DNA of 64,000 nucleotides, from NCBI GenBank assembly GCA_963779615.1, contig CAVZZA010000001.1, positions 32,001 through 96,000 on the forward strand, read 5' to 3'. This document shows positions 30,749-40,505 of this stretch, in pieces. Origin of the DNA: an uncultured Nitrososphaeraceae archaeon. GTDB taxonomy: Archaea > Thermoproteota > Nitrososphaeria > Nitrososphaerales > Nitrososphaeraceae. Within the stretch, counting starts at the first letter, position 1. The number at the start of each line of letters is the position of its first letter. The notes below the pieces were generated by a model. It was not told where the DNA came from, did no database searches, and was given only the letters and a program-made list of their open reading frames with translations. Made by a program: the position numbers and the translations under genes.

Positions 30749-31924
30749 ACAGTTATGTAAACAATATGTTATAATTTCATGTAAACTAATAGTGCTCGAT
30801 CAGACACCATAACACCTTTAGCTAACTCTTTCTTCTAAATTGTCATTATGAGGGATACTTTCCTCAGAATGCTTACCGATGATGAAAAGAACACACTTCA
30901 TCTGTTGCTTGAAGACAAAGAATCCGGGTATAGGGCAAAGATAATCCTGCTCAAAGATGAAGGGTATTCAGTTCCTGAAATAAGAAGAGCAACTAACCAT
31001 CATGATAGTAACATAAGAAAATGGATACACAGATTCAATGAAAATGGCATAGATGGAATAATATCAAAAATACACAATCATAAACCAATCAAGATATCTA
31101 TTGACGTGGAGAACAAGATTGTGGGTATAGTAACCAAAAACCCAAGAAAAGATTATGGATTATCCTTTTCCACATGGTCATTACGTGTACTGGCTGGATA
31201 TATCTCCAAGGAGATAAATCTTATAGACGCCATAAGCCATACTGGGATTAGAAATATCCTTTTAAAACATCATGTCAAATGGAGACAGTCAAAGATAACC
31301 TTGGGAAACAGTCTGGACCCCGAATACCATTTGAAAAAAAGAGAATCGAGGATCTAAGATACAGTTTACCACCTCACTCAATACTGCTCTACGAAGACGA
31401 GAAAGGACCCATTGTTGCAAAAACATATGGTGGTACGTCTTGGTCCTCCACACAGTCCAGGGTATCAAAGGCTCAAAAGACAAAGGGAATTCTAAACGTG
31501 TTTGGTGTCTATGATCACACCAATAATCAAATGTGGACACATGGATACAAAAAGAAAACAGGAAAACAGTTTTTAGATTTTATCAAACGAGTAGACCAAA
31601 AGTATGACGACAGTACCAAGCAGGTATTTCTGGTACTTGACAACATATCGATACACAAATCAAATAAGGTAAAACAAACCTTGGCCAGATACCATCCAAG
31701 GATACAATTTGTATTTCTTCCGACCAGATCACCCGAGCTCAATCTGATAGAGGTAAGATGGCTATGGATGCATAGACAAGCTATTAACAACTCCACCTTT
31801 CAAAATGAACGCGATATAGGTAAAGCAGTATCTGATTGGGCATGCGATTACAATAAAAAACATCCAGGCAAAACGAGTATAAACAGTTTACATGAAGAGA
31901 GCATCTACATGTTTACATAACTGT
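30749..31924 (+). mobile_element. IS630-family element
   Basis: Perfect 15-bp TIRs ACAGTTATGTAAACA / TGTTTACATAACTGT; TA duplication at 30747-30748 and 31925-31926. Confidence 0.92.
30848..31920 (+). CDS. IS630 transposase, orfA (HTH) and orfB (DDE) joined by a probable -1 frameshift
   Basis: orfA 30848-31357 with HTH and 'WS...LA'; orfB with DE, LDN...H and SPELNLIE; slippery A7G at 31334-31341 in the overlap. Confidence 0.9.
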
Positions 31925-32222
31925 TAACTTAACATATCATTTCTTTATCGTAAGATCCAATGAATAAATTAAACATTTTCTTTATGTGCTTTAATTTGCA
32001 TTTCTTTCTTTTGCAAGGAAAATAGTCATCAAATGACTCAGCCCTATCTTTGATTATTGAATTGTCCTTTCAATCAAACTCTTCTCAAAAGAAGAATGAA
32101 GATGTGTTTCAACTTTAGAAATTTGCAAGCTTGCGGGTACCATGTTCCACCATCATGTTATAACTGCCTTTCAGCTATAGCATTTTCTTGAGTTAACAGA
32201 GCCCAACTGTTTGTCATTTAAT

Positions 32223-32492
32223 TTATTTAACTTCTTCCAAATTAGACATGTCTTGGCTTGATTTTGCCATAGTTACTTCTGTAATCCATTCACATGCAAT
32301 ATTCACTTTATCATGATGTTTGATAACGGCTTCTGTATCTGGGGCATCTAAAAGGCAAAAACATACACCTGCCTCCCTGTTGTAGAACAGATTTACATGA
32401 CTAACACCATATTCATCCCTTGGAGCACCGACTAACTCACGAAGATTCTCTTCTTTAAATGGAACTTTATGAACATCTAGGAAAACAGGCAT
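32223..32492 (-). CDS. DUF4242 (SCO4226-like nickel-binding) protein
   Basis: 'MP.FLDVH', 'FCLLDAPD.EAV..HH', 'I.EV'. Confidence 0.85.
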   Translation of the reverse strand: MPVFLDVHKVPFKEENLRELVGAPRDEYGVSHVNLFYNREAGVCFCLLDAPDTEAVIKHHDKVNIACEWITEVTMAKSSQDMSNLEEVK

Positions 32493-32571
32493 ATACTTTA
32501 TCATATTTTCATATAGAATATAACAATTTCCATATTTTTTAATATTTGATGTATTATATGTATAAATTGGA

Positions 32572-33245
32572 GGCTCAGTTCACTTAAAATGATATAGCTT
32601 AAGGATGCCCTATTTTCCATATGAGCGGTACAAGAAACAGAAACCCCTTCAGAGCATATGGGTTATGGATTGTACTTTTATTTTTCCCCTGTCATTAAGG
32701 AGAACCTCCGAAAGTTGCTTGTTTTGTCAAACGAAACCGTGCACCCATCTGGAACTGGATAAAAAATGCAGCCAGAAAAAAATAACATCAAAGAAAAAGA
32801 AGATGGATGAGTTTATTATTGATGAGACTGCTATCAAAAAAGTTGGCTCAGGGGCAATCTGGCTCTGGATTGCTACAATCAAGCCTAATAACAAGGAAAT
32901 CGTTGCAATAAGTATAAGCAAAAGAGCAAAACATTTTTGTGGCAGAGCGGTTTGCATCGAGTTTAATCAAAACTCATTGAGAGCATTCTGTACCAACAGA
33001 TGATTGGGGCACCTGGTATCCCCAAGCATGCAGGTTCTTAAAGGCAGGCCGTCATCTGCATTCCCCTTATTGGAAAAGCATCATTGAGAGGACTATGCAA
33101 TACTTGAAGGATAGTAGAACTGATAGTTTGACGTTTACTTTCCCTGCAGAAAAAAGAAGAAATGCAAACTAAGGCATGTCATGAACTGTTGCATCTTTTT
33201 GTAGATCATCATAGTAGAAAATTAGAAATCGTTGAATGAACAGCC
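32572..33245 (+). mobile_element. degenerate IS6 element with multiply frameshifted transposase
   Basis: Eroded TIRs GGCTCAGTTCACTTAA / TTGAATGAACAGCC; IDET, GTWYPQAC and IERTMQY fragments in different frames. Confidence 0.85.
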
Positions 33246-33300
33246 ATTTTGGAACAATAATCCTTTATATTTCTGCAAACTATCTTTTCAATGCAATCTA

Positions 33301-34416
33301 TTGAATTCTCCAATAAATGGAAATATCGAGAGTATACAGATAGCGTACACATATGCAGACGCTTTAAACATTATCTCAAGGATAATTTCCAATACCGAAA
33401 AATCATTAGAATGTATTTTTGATCACAGATGGTTGCTTGCCCAAGTAGATGATCCAACGTTGTTAACTTTAATTATCAAATTGAGACTGAAAGGCATTTC
33501 ATCAAGATTTATAACAAAGATTACAAAAGACAATATGTCCTACTGTAAAAAAATCATGAAGTATTCAGATTTAAAACATTCAGACAAAGTTTCAGGATAT
33601 TTAGGTATAAGTGATGGTCATCAATTTTTCAATTATTTATCGTCTCAAAAACTAAAAGAAGATGCGGTGGAAAGCCATAAAGATAACTCTCAGGTTGAAA
33701 CACATCTAGTGAATATAAATAATCAATCTTTTGTTCATCAACAACAATATTTATTTGAAAACTTATGGAATCACTCTACTTTTGCAAGAGAGAAGATTAC
33801 AGAGATAGAAAGAAAAGTTGTGGAAAACATTATTTCAAATAAAACCATTGAAGACAAGGAAGAGATAATTCAAACGCTTTTCAAGATAATAGAATCCTCC
33901 ATAGATCAAATTTTGATATTATTTCCAAATATTGATTCCTTTTGGAACATATATAATGAAGGCATAGTTACAACAATTAAAAATGCTATAGATCGAGATG
34001 TAACTGTAAAAATTTTAATTCATATCAGCGATAACGATGAGAAAAATAAAGAAGCGATACGAAACAAACTAAAGAATGAAAAAAAGGAGATTGAAATAAA
34101 CACTAATTTTTTTTCCAAACAACTTCAACAACAATACGTATTATTTGTAGTGGATGAAGCAATGTCTGCAACGATAGAAAAGTTCTTTGAATCAGACGAA
34201 TCATCTACAAGGATGACATGGTCAGCTACTTTTTCAAAGAATGTATCACACATATCTTCATCGGTATCAATGTTTGACATTTTATGGATACAATCAGACT
34301 TTGAAAAACAAGCCAAGTTAAAACAAACATATTTTCAAATGTTTAAAGGATTTAGACTCAAAGATGAAACCTATAAACGTAAATGGGCATTCGAACAGCA
34401 ACAAGAAGATAATTAA
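33301..34416 (+). CDS. sensor-like protein resembling the N-terminal input region of Nitrososphaeraceae histidine kinases, with no kinase domain
   Basis: 'RFITKITKDN..YCK.I', 'FV.QQQYLFE.LW', 'F..LW.QS'; no H-box or HATPase. The ORF-track start at 33232 lies inside the IS6 end. Confidence 0.6.
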   Translation: MNSPINGNIESIQIAYTYADALNIISRIISNTEKSLECIFDHRWLLAQVDDPTLLTLIIKLRLKGISSRFITKITKDNMSYCKKIMKYSDLKHSDKVSGYLGISDGHQFFNYLSSQKLKEDAVESHKDNSQVETHLVNINNQSFVHQQQYLFENLWNHSTFAREKITEIERKVVENIISNKTIEDKEEIIQTLFKIIESSIDQILILFPNIDSFWNIYNEGIVTTIKNAIDRDVTVKILIHISDNDEKNKEAIRNKLKNEKKEIEINTNFFSKQLQQQYVLFVVDEAMSATIEKFFESDESSTRMTWSATFSKNVSHISSSVSMFDILWIQSDFEKQAKLKQTYFQMFKGFRLKDETYKRKWAFEQQQEDN

Positions 34417-34673
34417 AAGAGTTGACTGGTTTGTTAGTCATGCTATTCTCATCATTGTATTATAATGTATACGCAATAATCAATTTACAAAACTCATTTT
34501 AAATTATTATAAATAGAAGCATTTTCCAATTGTTTGCCCATTAAGATAAAATACAATGACTTGTTTGAACCCCTAAGAACATTTTTTAATTTTAAAGTAA
34601 TTGTTTTTTTATAAAAAAGGTTATAAGATATATTTAATGTAAATAAATTGTTCTACATAACATAAAGTTTTAT

Positions 34674-36086
34674 TTATAATCGAGAAAACTTTAATGGCCT
34701 ATTTGAGTTCCCAATTTTGCCATTATATAAAGAATACACTTTGATTATTTGATTGTGTTTAATTTTATAATCACCAATATAATGTATGATATCCTTATAC
34801 TTATCGTCGATAATTAACAAGGTATTGGTTAGATCCCCTTCTAATAAAATATGGCCGTCATCACCTAAATCCATTACCCGCCTTGCAAGGATTATTCCCG
34901 GTCCCCATAAATTCTGATTATCATTCAAATCATTAACTAAAAAAACATGTCCCGATCCAATACCAATACGTACTTTTACTGTCGAGTCACTGTCAATACT
35001 AGGATTATACGCTTTTAACATGGTTTGCAATTCCATACTTAATTCTAACGGAAGTTTGGGATCGGATGTAAAACCAATAGCCATCCCATCACCTGTTGGT
35101 AATACTTTTTTATCTCGCTCCTTCTTATATGAACTACAAGAAGAAATCAAGTTATTTAAAATGTGAATTTTTTCAATTTGTCTTTTAACAGATAACGATG
35201 GGTCCGATAACCCCACAATATCAATAAAAAAAAAGGTTGCATGAAGGATTCCTGAAGACCCTATTTCAGACATTTGAGAATCGCCATAAAAGCTAATCAA
35301 TTTCATATATACATTCAAATGTTCTTTATGAAAAGCAAGGTCTGAATAAAATACAGGAGTTTCTTTAATTGGCTCCTTACAAATATTACAAATTAACTGC
35401 ATTTCACGATTAAAGAAGCTAATATTACTTTCCTCGTCTATATCAAATTTAATCCAATGCGAATTTGGATTGCTACCAATCAAAGAATTTATTTTTATAT
35501 GTCTTGATATTGAATCCTGGGTGAGTTGGGTTATTTTGGTTTCTATTATACCATCAAATAAATGCGAGATTTTATTATACAGAACAACTGAATCTGCATC
35601 AGAATTATCAATTGTAAAAATTGCAACTAATTCTTGTTCCTTTAAGAGAAATGATAAGTCTGTTACAAATTTTATTGTATCGCGTAAATCAAAATATGTT
35701 AGTAGATTTGTTAGTGAGTTCACCACAAGACAAATTGACTGATTAATTTGAGAATTGAGTAACTCCTTTATTTTCAAATAGGTAAGATGTAGTTTTTCAC
35801 TGGTCAAATTATCGGATGGAGCATTTTGGTTTACAAGATAGGGATTAATTAACTTGGTATTTTTTTCAACAGATACAGCTTTGGATAAAAATAAATTGTT
35901 AAATTGTTTTTCGGTAAAGCTTGAACTAACATAAATACAAAAACTATTATCATTTATCGCATTTATAAAAAAATTATTACAATAAGAGGATTTTCCGGAA
36001 AATTTTGGTCCGGCCATTAAAAAAATTCCCGAATTAAAGGATTTTAGGTCGTTGAATATGTAATCATTACCTGGAAAATACTTCAA
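34674..36086 (-). CDS. KaiC/RAD55-like ATPase - Zn finger - class III nucleotide cyclase fusion
   Basis: Walker A GPKFSGKS, 'LVVNSL', 'HLFDGIIE'; CxxC-x13-HxxH; IDIVG, TGDG, VRIGI.SG, NLWG. Confidence 0.8.
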   Translation of the reverse strand: MKYFPGNDYIFNDLKSFNSGIFLMAGPKFSGKSSYCNNFFINAINDNSFCIYVSSSFTEKQFNNLFLSKAVSVEKNTKLINPYLVNQNAPSDNLTSEKLHLTYLKIKELLNSQINQSICLVVNSLTNLLTYFDLRDTIKFVTDLSFLLKEQELVAIFTIDNSDADSVVLYNKISHLFDGIIETKITQLTQDSISRHIKINSLIGSNPNSHWIKFDIDEESNISFFNREMQLICNICKEPIKETPVFYSDLAFHKEHLNVYMKLISFYGDSQMSEIGSSGILHATFFFIDIVGLSDPSLSVKRQIEKIHILNNLISSCSSYKKERDKKVLPTGDGMAIGFTSDPKLPLELSMELQTMLKAYNPSIDSDSTVKVRIGIGSGHVFLVNDLNDNQNLWGPGIILARRVMDLGDDGHILLEGDLTNTLLIIDDKYKDIIHYIGDYKIKHNQIIKVYSLYNGKIGNSNRPLKFSRL

Positions 36087-36267
36087 TTACAGGTAATTAT
36101 AAATTGATATATCGATATATCTTTTATCTCTATTGTACTAACATCCAATTTTTCTAATTCCCTTAAAACAAATACTCTAATAAGTAAAAAAATTAAATCT
36201 AAAAATAATAAATAAATAGTTTTATAACTATAATTTCACTTAACTACCGAAATTCTTGTCAAGATAA

Positions 36268-37134
36268 TCAGGCATTGGATGATATTACATTTATAAGTTC
36301 ATTCATTTTGTCCACAAAGGGATGATTAGGATATTTTAAAACCGTGATAAATTCTTGTCGTTCAAACTGTATATCACAATAACAGGGAATAGTCGAAACC
36401 ACATCCATTTTAAGGTAATTCTCTAAATCTACCATAGTTTCCGATTGTTCCAACAAAGTAAACTCAAATCTACCGGGCTTTGAAATTACATCTTTATTTA
36501 ATTTAGCAGGGGTACAATATCCAGCGATTCTGTTTAACAATAAATAAGATTTTGCACCAAAGTTGATAAACGACTTATAGACATCAGTTGCCATCTGCTT
36601 TGTACCTTCAATATCTATGTGGTCCATTTTCAATGATAATATTATAACATCAGCAATAGCCAGTGAATTAATTGACCAATGCCTTATACCAGGGCTCGTA
36701 TCTAAAATAATATAGTCATATTTAATATCAGAATTGGTTTTTTCCCTAAGGTACAACATCTTTTTCAGCATTTGAGATTTTGATGAATCCCTATTTTGAA
36801 AGTCCAAGCTAGTAATTTCCTCTTTTTTTGGATTAGAAAATACAATACTAAAAATGCCTTTTTTACCATTATCCGAATTAGCCGAATGAAAGTCTTGTAT
36901 AATATGGGTATAATCATAGACCACATCGGAAAATTCCAAATCATCAAGCAGATAATTGTTCATCCATTTTTCAGGTTTGGAATTAAAATAAACATGTAAA
37001 CTTGGTGCATAAACATCCATATCAATAAGTAAAACATTAAATCCTTTAGACACCAAAAGGGTCGAAAGATTGGCAGCTATTGTGGTTTTTCCAGTGCCAC
37101 CTTTATATGAATGAAAAGCTATTGTTTTAACCAA
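36268..37134 (-). CDS. MinD/ParA-family ATPase
   Basis: Deviant Walker A KGGTGKTT, DMD..APSL, DYIILDTSPG. Confidence 0.92.
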   Translation of the reverse strand: MVKTIAFHSYKGGTGKTTIAANLSTLLVSKGFNVLLIDMDVYAPSLHVYFNSKPEKWMNNYLLDDLEFSDVVYDYTHIIQDFHSANSDNGKKGIFSIVFSNPKKEEITSLDFQNRDSSKSQMLKKMLYLREKTNSDIKYDYIILDTSPGIRHWSINSLAIADVIILSLKMDHIDIEGTKQMATDVYKSFINFGAKSYLLLNRIAGYCTPAKLNKDVISKPGRFEFTLLEQSETMVDLENYLKMDVVSTIPCYCDIQFERQEFITVLKYPNHPFVDKMNELINVISSNA

Positions 37135-37290
37135 TGTTAAAAGACGCCTTTTAGTCTATAAAAATATATCTTGCAAAATTCCACACAACATGTAAAATAA
37201 TAAATATATTTTTAAAATTATTGACAGGTATAAAAAATATTTCAGGTCATCATATCTGCAAGAAAAAAACAAAGATGGAAATTCTATTTC

Positions 37291-39309
37291 TTATTTTTCA
37301 ATGTTATATTGGTCGTAGGTGAATCTCCTTTTAGTTCCAAAAGGCTTGAAATACCTGCCATTACCGTGATAGAACTTTGAGAAGAATTCAACGTAAATCA
37401 ACCTTGCACCCTGTATTCCAGGCTCAAACACTCCGAGAACGATATTAAAGATATGGCCAACAAAGAATATCACAACCCCTAATATGACGTATGGTATTGC
37501 AAGGTGTATTGTATTTAGAAAAACAAAGTCAATAACGTGAGCAAGGATAACCGAAGCGAGCAGTATTCCCACAAGTCTCGTAAAGGAAAGTATATGACTT
37601 ATTATTGATGGCAACTCCATGAGAGCTCTGACACCCTCACCATACAACATCAAACCCACTCCTCCAAAAATTAATGCAAAATAAATTAGACCTGTCGTTT
37701 CTTGCATTGGGTTTATATTTTCCTTACCTATCATTGCTAATCCTATCAGGACAACTCCCCATCCAAACAATAGCCAACCCACTTTACTAATCACATGTTT
37801 TTTCTCACCATGTCTAAGACTGTTGATTATACCAAGGACAAGTCCAAAAGTAACCATGCCTATTCCAACATAACCACTAAACAGCAAAAGTTTACGGAGA
37901 CCAAATGTGGAAATGGGATCAAGTAATGCACCTTCATGAGGCAAATTCAATCCAAAATTATTCAGAAAAGAGAACAGGTAACCGTTTAAGTGGAATCCAA
38001 AATAAAGGTCAAAGCAAAATCCCAATATGATAGCAATAACACAACCAGGAGTCATAGCTTTAGCGAGTTTCACCATCTGTACAGGTTGCAATATCGTCAG
38101 GCCAAATTTTCTCAAGCCCTTTGGCATAATAGTTAAATTACGTTTTTTACCCTCTATCCTTCTTATTACCCATCTAGATACTAGAAGTATTACCAATCCA
38201 TATCCAACATCGCCAAGCATTAAACCATAAAATATTGGAAAAATTAAACCAAATATAGTAGTTGGATCAAATTCGTTGCCGGATGGTAAGGAATAAAAGC
38301 GAATAAAAGACTCGAAATTTTTAAGTCTTTTTGGATTCTCCAAAAGGGTGGGAGGTGTTTCCTTAGTTTCTAATTGATACATCCTGGTTGTGCCATCACT
38401 ATGTTCAAGAAAAGCTGCCTTTACAGGTTCTAACTTAGATTTGGGTATCCATCCCTCCATTGCAAAAGTATCCTTCGTAACTCCAAGGTTTTTAATTACT
38501 TCAAGTTTTTTGTTCTCTATATCAAGCTCTTCTTCTGCACATTTTAAAAATGAATAATGTGCCTTTGAAATTTCAGTTAGTTGGTTATTGATTTGGTCTA
38601 ACTGTGAAGAAAGTTCTTGGTATTTTTTTTTCTGATCCTCAAGAGCAACACCGGGTTTTCCTTTGAGATTTGGAACTGCTTCCAGGTGTACATTATATAG
38701 ACTGATGACTGATGCGAATGCATTGGATGGAAAGCGTGACATAACTACGACAACAAAACGTGTAGTTTTACCACTTTCACTAGCATACAGCATAACCTCC
38801 TCATCATTCAATTCCAATTTTTTCTTGAATTCTGGAAACTTTTCAGAGTTCATACGACCAAAAAATGAGCGTGCAGAAGAAAGATGCAAAATATTCAAGT
38901 CTTCAGGGAAGAATGAAAACTCTTCAAGGAGTGTAATGTTGTTTTCAGCCCCCTTCATTGCAGTTAGTGCATTATCCTTTTGTCTTTCCAGTGAAGCGAT
39001 TTTACCATCGATATCCATAGATTTGACTTTTTGAATAAGTTCGCTTATAGATGAAAATTTGGTTTTTTCTGTCACAGGTAAAGAAGGTAGCGAATTGATT
39101 AATCCTCTAATTCGCAGTAGCTGATCAGAGACTTGCCTATGATACTCACTCTCATGTTCAGCCATCAAAAATGAATCTGCTTCTTTGGAAATTGGCTCTA
39201 ACTGCATCACATTCATTTCCTGCAGGATTGAGATAACTTGTTGCCGGTATTTTTTTAGACCCAATACGGCTATTTTAACCATGGAAACAGGCTTTAATAA
39301 TGTAGTCAT
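37291..39309 (-). CDS. atpI: V/A-type ATPase subunit I (a)
   Basis: 'EGWIP', 'PPTLLEN', 'YGLMLGDVGYG', 'HILSFTRL', 'RL.YVEFFSKFY'. Confidence 0.95.
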   Translation of the reverse strand: MTTLLKPVSMVKIAVLGLKKYRQQVISILQEMNVMQLEPISKEADSFLMAEHESEYHRQVSDQLLRIRGLINSLPSLPVTEKTKFSSISELIQKVKSMDIDGKIASLERQKDNALTAMKGAENNITLLEEFSFFPEDLNILHLSSARSFFGRMNSEKFPEFKKKLELNDEEVMLYASESGKTTRFVVVVMSRFPSNAFASVISLYNVHLEAVPNLKGKPGVALEDQKKKYQELSSQLDQINNQLTEISKAHYSFLKCAEEELDIENKKLEVIKNLGVTKDTFAMEGWIPKSKLEPVKAAFLEHSDGTTRMYQLETKETPPTLLENPKRLKNFESFIRFYSLPSGNEFDPTTIFGLIFPIFYGLMLGDVGYGLVILLVSRWVIRRIEGKKRNLTIMPKGLRKFGLTILQPVQMVKLAKAMTPGCVIAIILGFCFDLYFGFHLNGYLFSFLNNFGLNLPHEGALLDPISTFGLRKLLLFSGYVGIGMVTFGLVLGIINSLRHGEKKHVISKVGWLLFGWGVVLIGLAMIGKENINPMQETTGLIYFALIFGGVGLMLYGEGVRALMELPSIISHILSFTRLVGILLASVILAHVIDFVFLNTIHLAIPYVILGVVIFFVGHIFNIVLGVFEPGIQGARLIYVEFFSKFYHGNGRYFKPFGTKRRFTYDQYNIEK

Positions 39310-39335
39310 GTCAAAATCATCTCCTTATTCACACA

Positions 39336-39677
39336 TCACTTTATATCAGAAAACAGGATTTCCATTATGTCTTTTACTACCTGCTTATCGAGTTGAATCG
39401 ATATTGACTTGGATTTATTCTCCGCATCATTCACGATAATCTCAGCTTCTTTGAAAGCATTCCTTCGGGATTCTTCAATACTTTTTTCTACCATTTTTTC
39501 CCCTTCTTGTTTGGTCATATCGACGGTATTTTTAAGGTCGCTTTGTAAATTCTTAATTTCTTGCTCAACTAGTTTTTTATGGGCCTCGATTTCTCCATAT
39601 GTTTTCTCCTCAGTTTCTTTAATTTGCCTCAATGTATGAATATACTCTTCTTGAGAATTAGTACTAGTCATACTCAC
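39336..39677 (-). CDS. atpH: V/A-type ATPase subunit H (G-like peripheral stalk)
   Basis: Coiled coil 'LRQIKETE...A..EA..I...A', immediately upstream of atpI. Confidence 0.75.
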   Translation of the reverse strand: MSMTSTNSQEEYIHTLRQIKETEEKTYGEIEAHKKLVEQEIKNLQSDLKNTVDMTKQEGEKMVEKSIEESRRNAFKEAEIIVNDAENKSKSISIQLDKQVVKDIMEILFSDIK

Positions 39678-39832
39678 ACACCCGCTAAAGACTTTCCAAT
39701 AAACAATACCAAAACGATTGTACCTACAATGTTTCCAATTTTAAAAGCTCTCCTTATGATATAAAACTTCTTTTGGTAACCATTTGCAAAAACGCCTTTT
39801 TCACTATAATTATTGTTATCACCATTGTTCAT
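39674..39832 (-). CDS. unannotated 52-aa single-TM protein inside the ATPase operon
   Basis: MNNGDNNNYSEKGVFANGYQKKFYIIRRAFKIGNIVGTIVLVLFIGKSLAGV; ATGA overlap with the atpD stop and GTGA overlap with the atpH start. Confidence 0.7.
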   Translation of the reverse strand: MNNGDNNNYSEKGVFANGYQKKFYIIRRAFKIGNIVGTIVLVLFIGKSLAGV

Positions 39833-40497
39833 ATAACATCTTCCCCCTTATCTCTTGAAATAATTATTTGTTCTTCTCTTTCCCCCATCTTTCTCTTTAC
39901 AGTCTTTAACATAATGAATGTGTCACGCTCTAATTCAGCAAGTCTAAAAGTAATAAACTTAACAGCAGACATTAACTTGGGAATAAAAACGTTTTCTATT
40001 GCATTAGATTTGCGTTTTGTTTTCTCGATTTCAATAAGCAGTTTTCTTAACGCCGTTTCCTTCTCTGCAACATCCAACACAATTTTATGAACCCTTTGAA
40101 AGGATCTTAACGCTTCGTTAATAGATGTAGGAAGCTCCAGCAAATACTCGTCCATTACTTCTCTTTTTCCACCAACAATCTTTGGAATATGAACTCCCAT
40201 AATGCTTTTGGACATTACTTGTAAATTCGCAAGATCGGGAATTTTCATTGACTCATTTTCAAGCCTCATTGAACCAGCTAGCATTTCCGCCATTCTTATG
40301 GATTCATATCCCTTTATTAACTCGGACTGCAAATTGGTTCGTAGTTCCGAGGCAGTTTTGTTAGTATTGAAAAATTCAAGAATTAATGCTTTTTGTTTTA
40401 GTTTTAAAAGCTTCAAACCTTTTAGCGCAATCAATATCCTGCGCTTTGTGCGTATATACTCAAGACGAGTTGGTCGGATATTTGAAGACAAAGACAT
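39829..40497 (-). CDS. atpD: V/A-type ATPase subunit D
   Basis: 'PTRLE', 'G.KLLK.K', 'IEKTKRK.NAIE', 'L.ELERD.F..LK'. Confidence 0.95.
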   Translation of the reverse strand: MSLSSNIRPTRLEYIRTKRRILIALKGLKLLKLKQKALILEFFNTNKTASELRTNLQSELIKGYESIRMAEMLAGSMRLENESMKIPDLANLQVMSKSIMGVHIPKIVGGKREVMDEYLLELPTSINEALRSFQRVHKIVLDVAEKETALRKLLIEIEKTKRKSNAIENVFIPKLMSAVKFITFRLAELERDTFIMLKTVKRKMGEREEQIIISRDKGEDVI

Positions 40498-40505
40498 CCT
40501 TGTAT

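Larger units (their letters stand above)
30739..32203 (-). mobile_element. internally deleted IS6 derivative (~290 bp of its own DNA) interrupted by an IS630
   Basis: Perfect 8-bp TSD CAACTGTT (30731-30738, 32204-32211); ends GGCTCTGTTA|ACTTAA and TTGAGTTAACAGAGCC; minus strand of 31930-32155 encodes DGGTWYPQAC...FDDYFPC. Confidence 0.88.

Noticed and set aside
36268-37134. Plasmid or prophage partition system
   Set aside because: No ParB, integrase, replication or virion genes; the gene sits beside the housekeeping ATPase operon.
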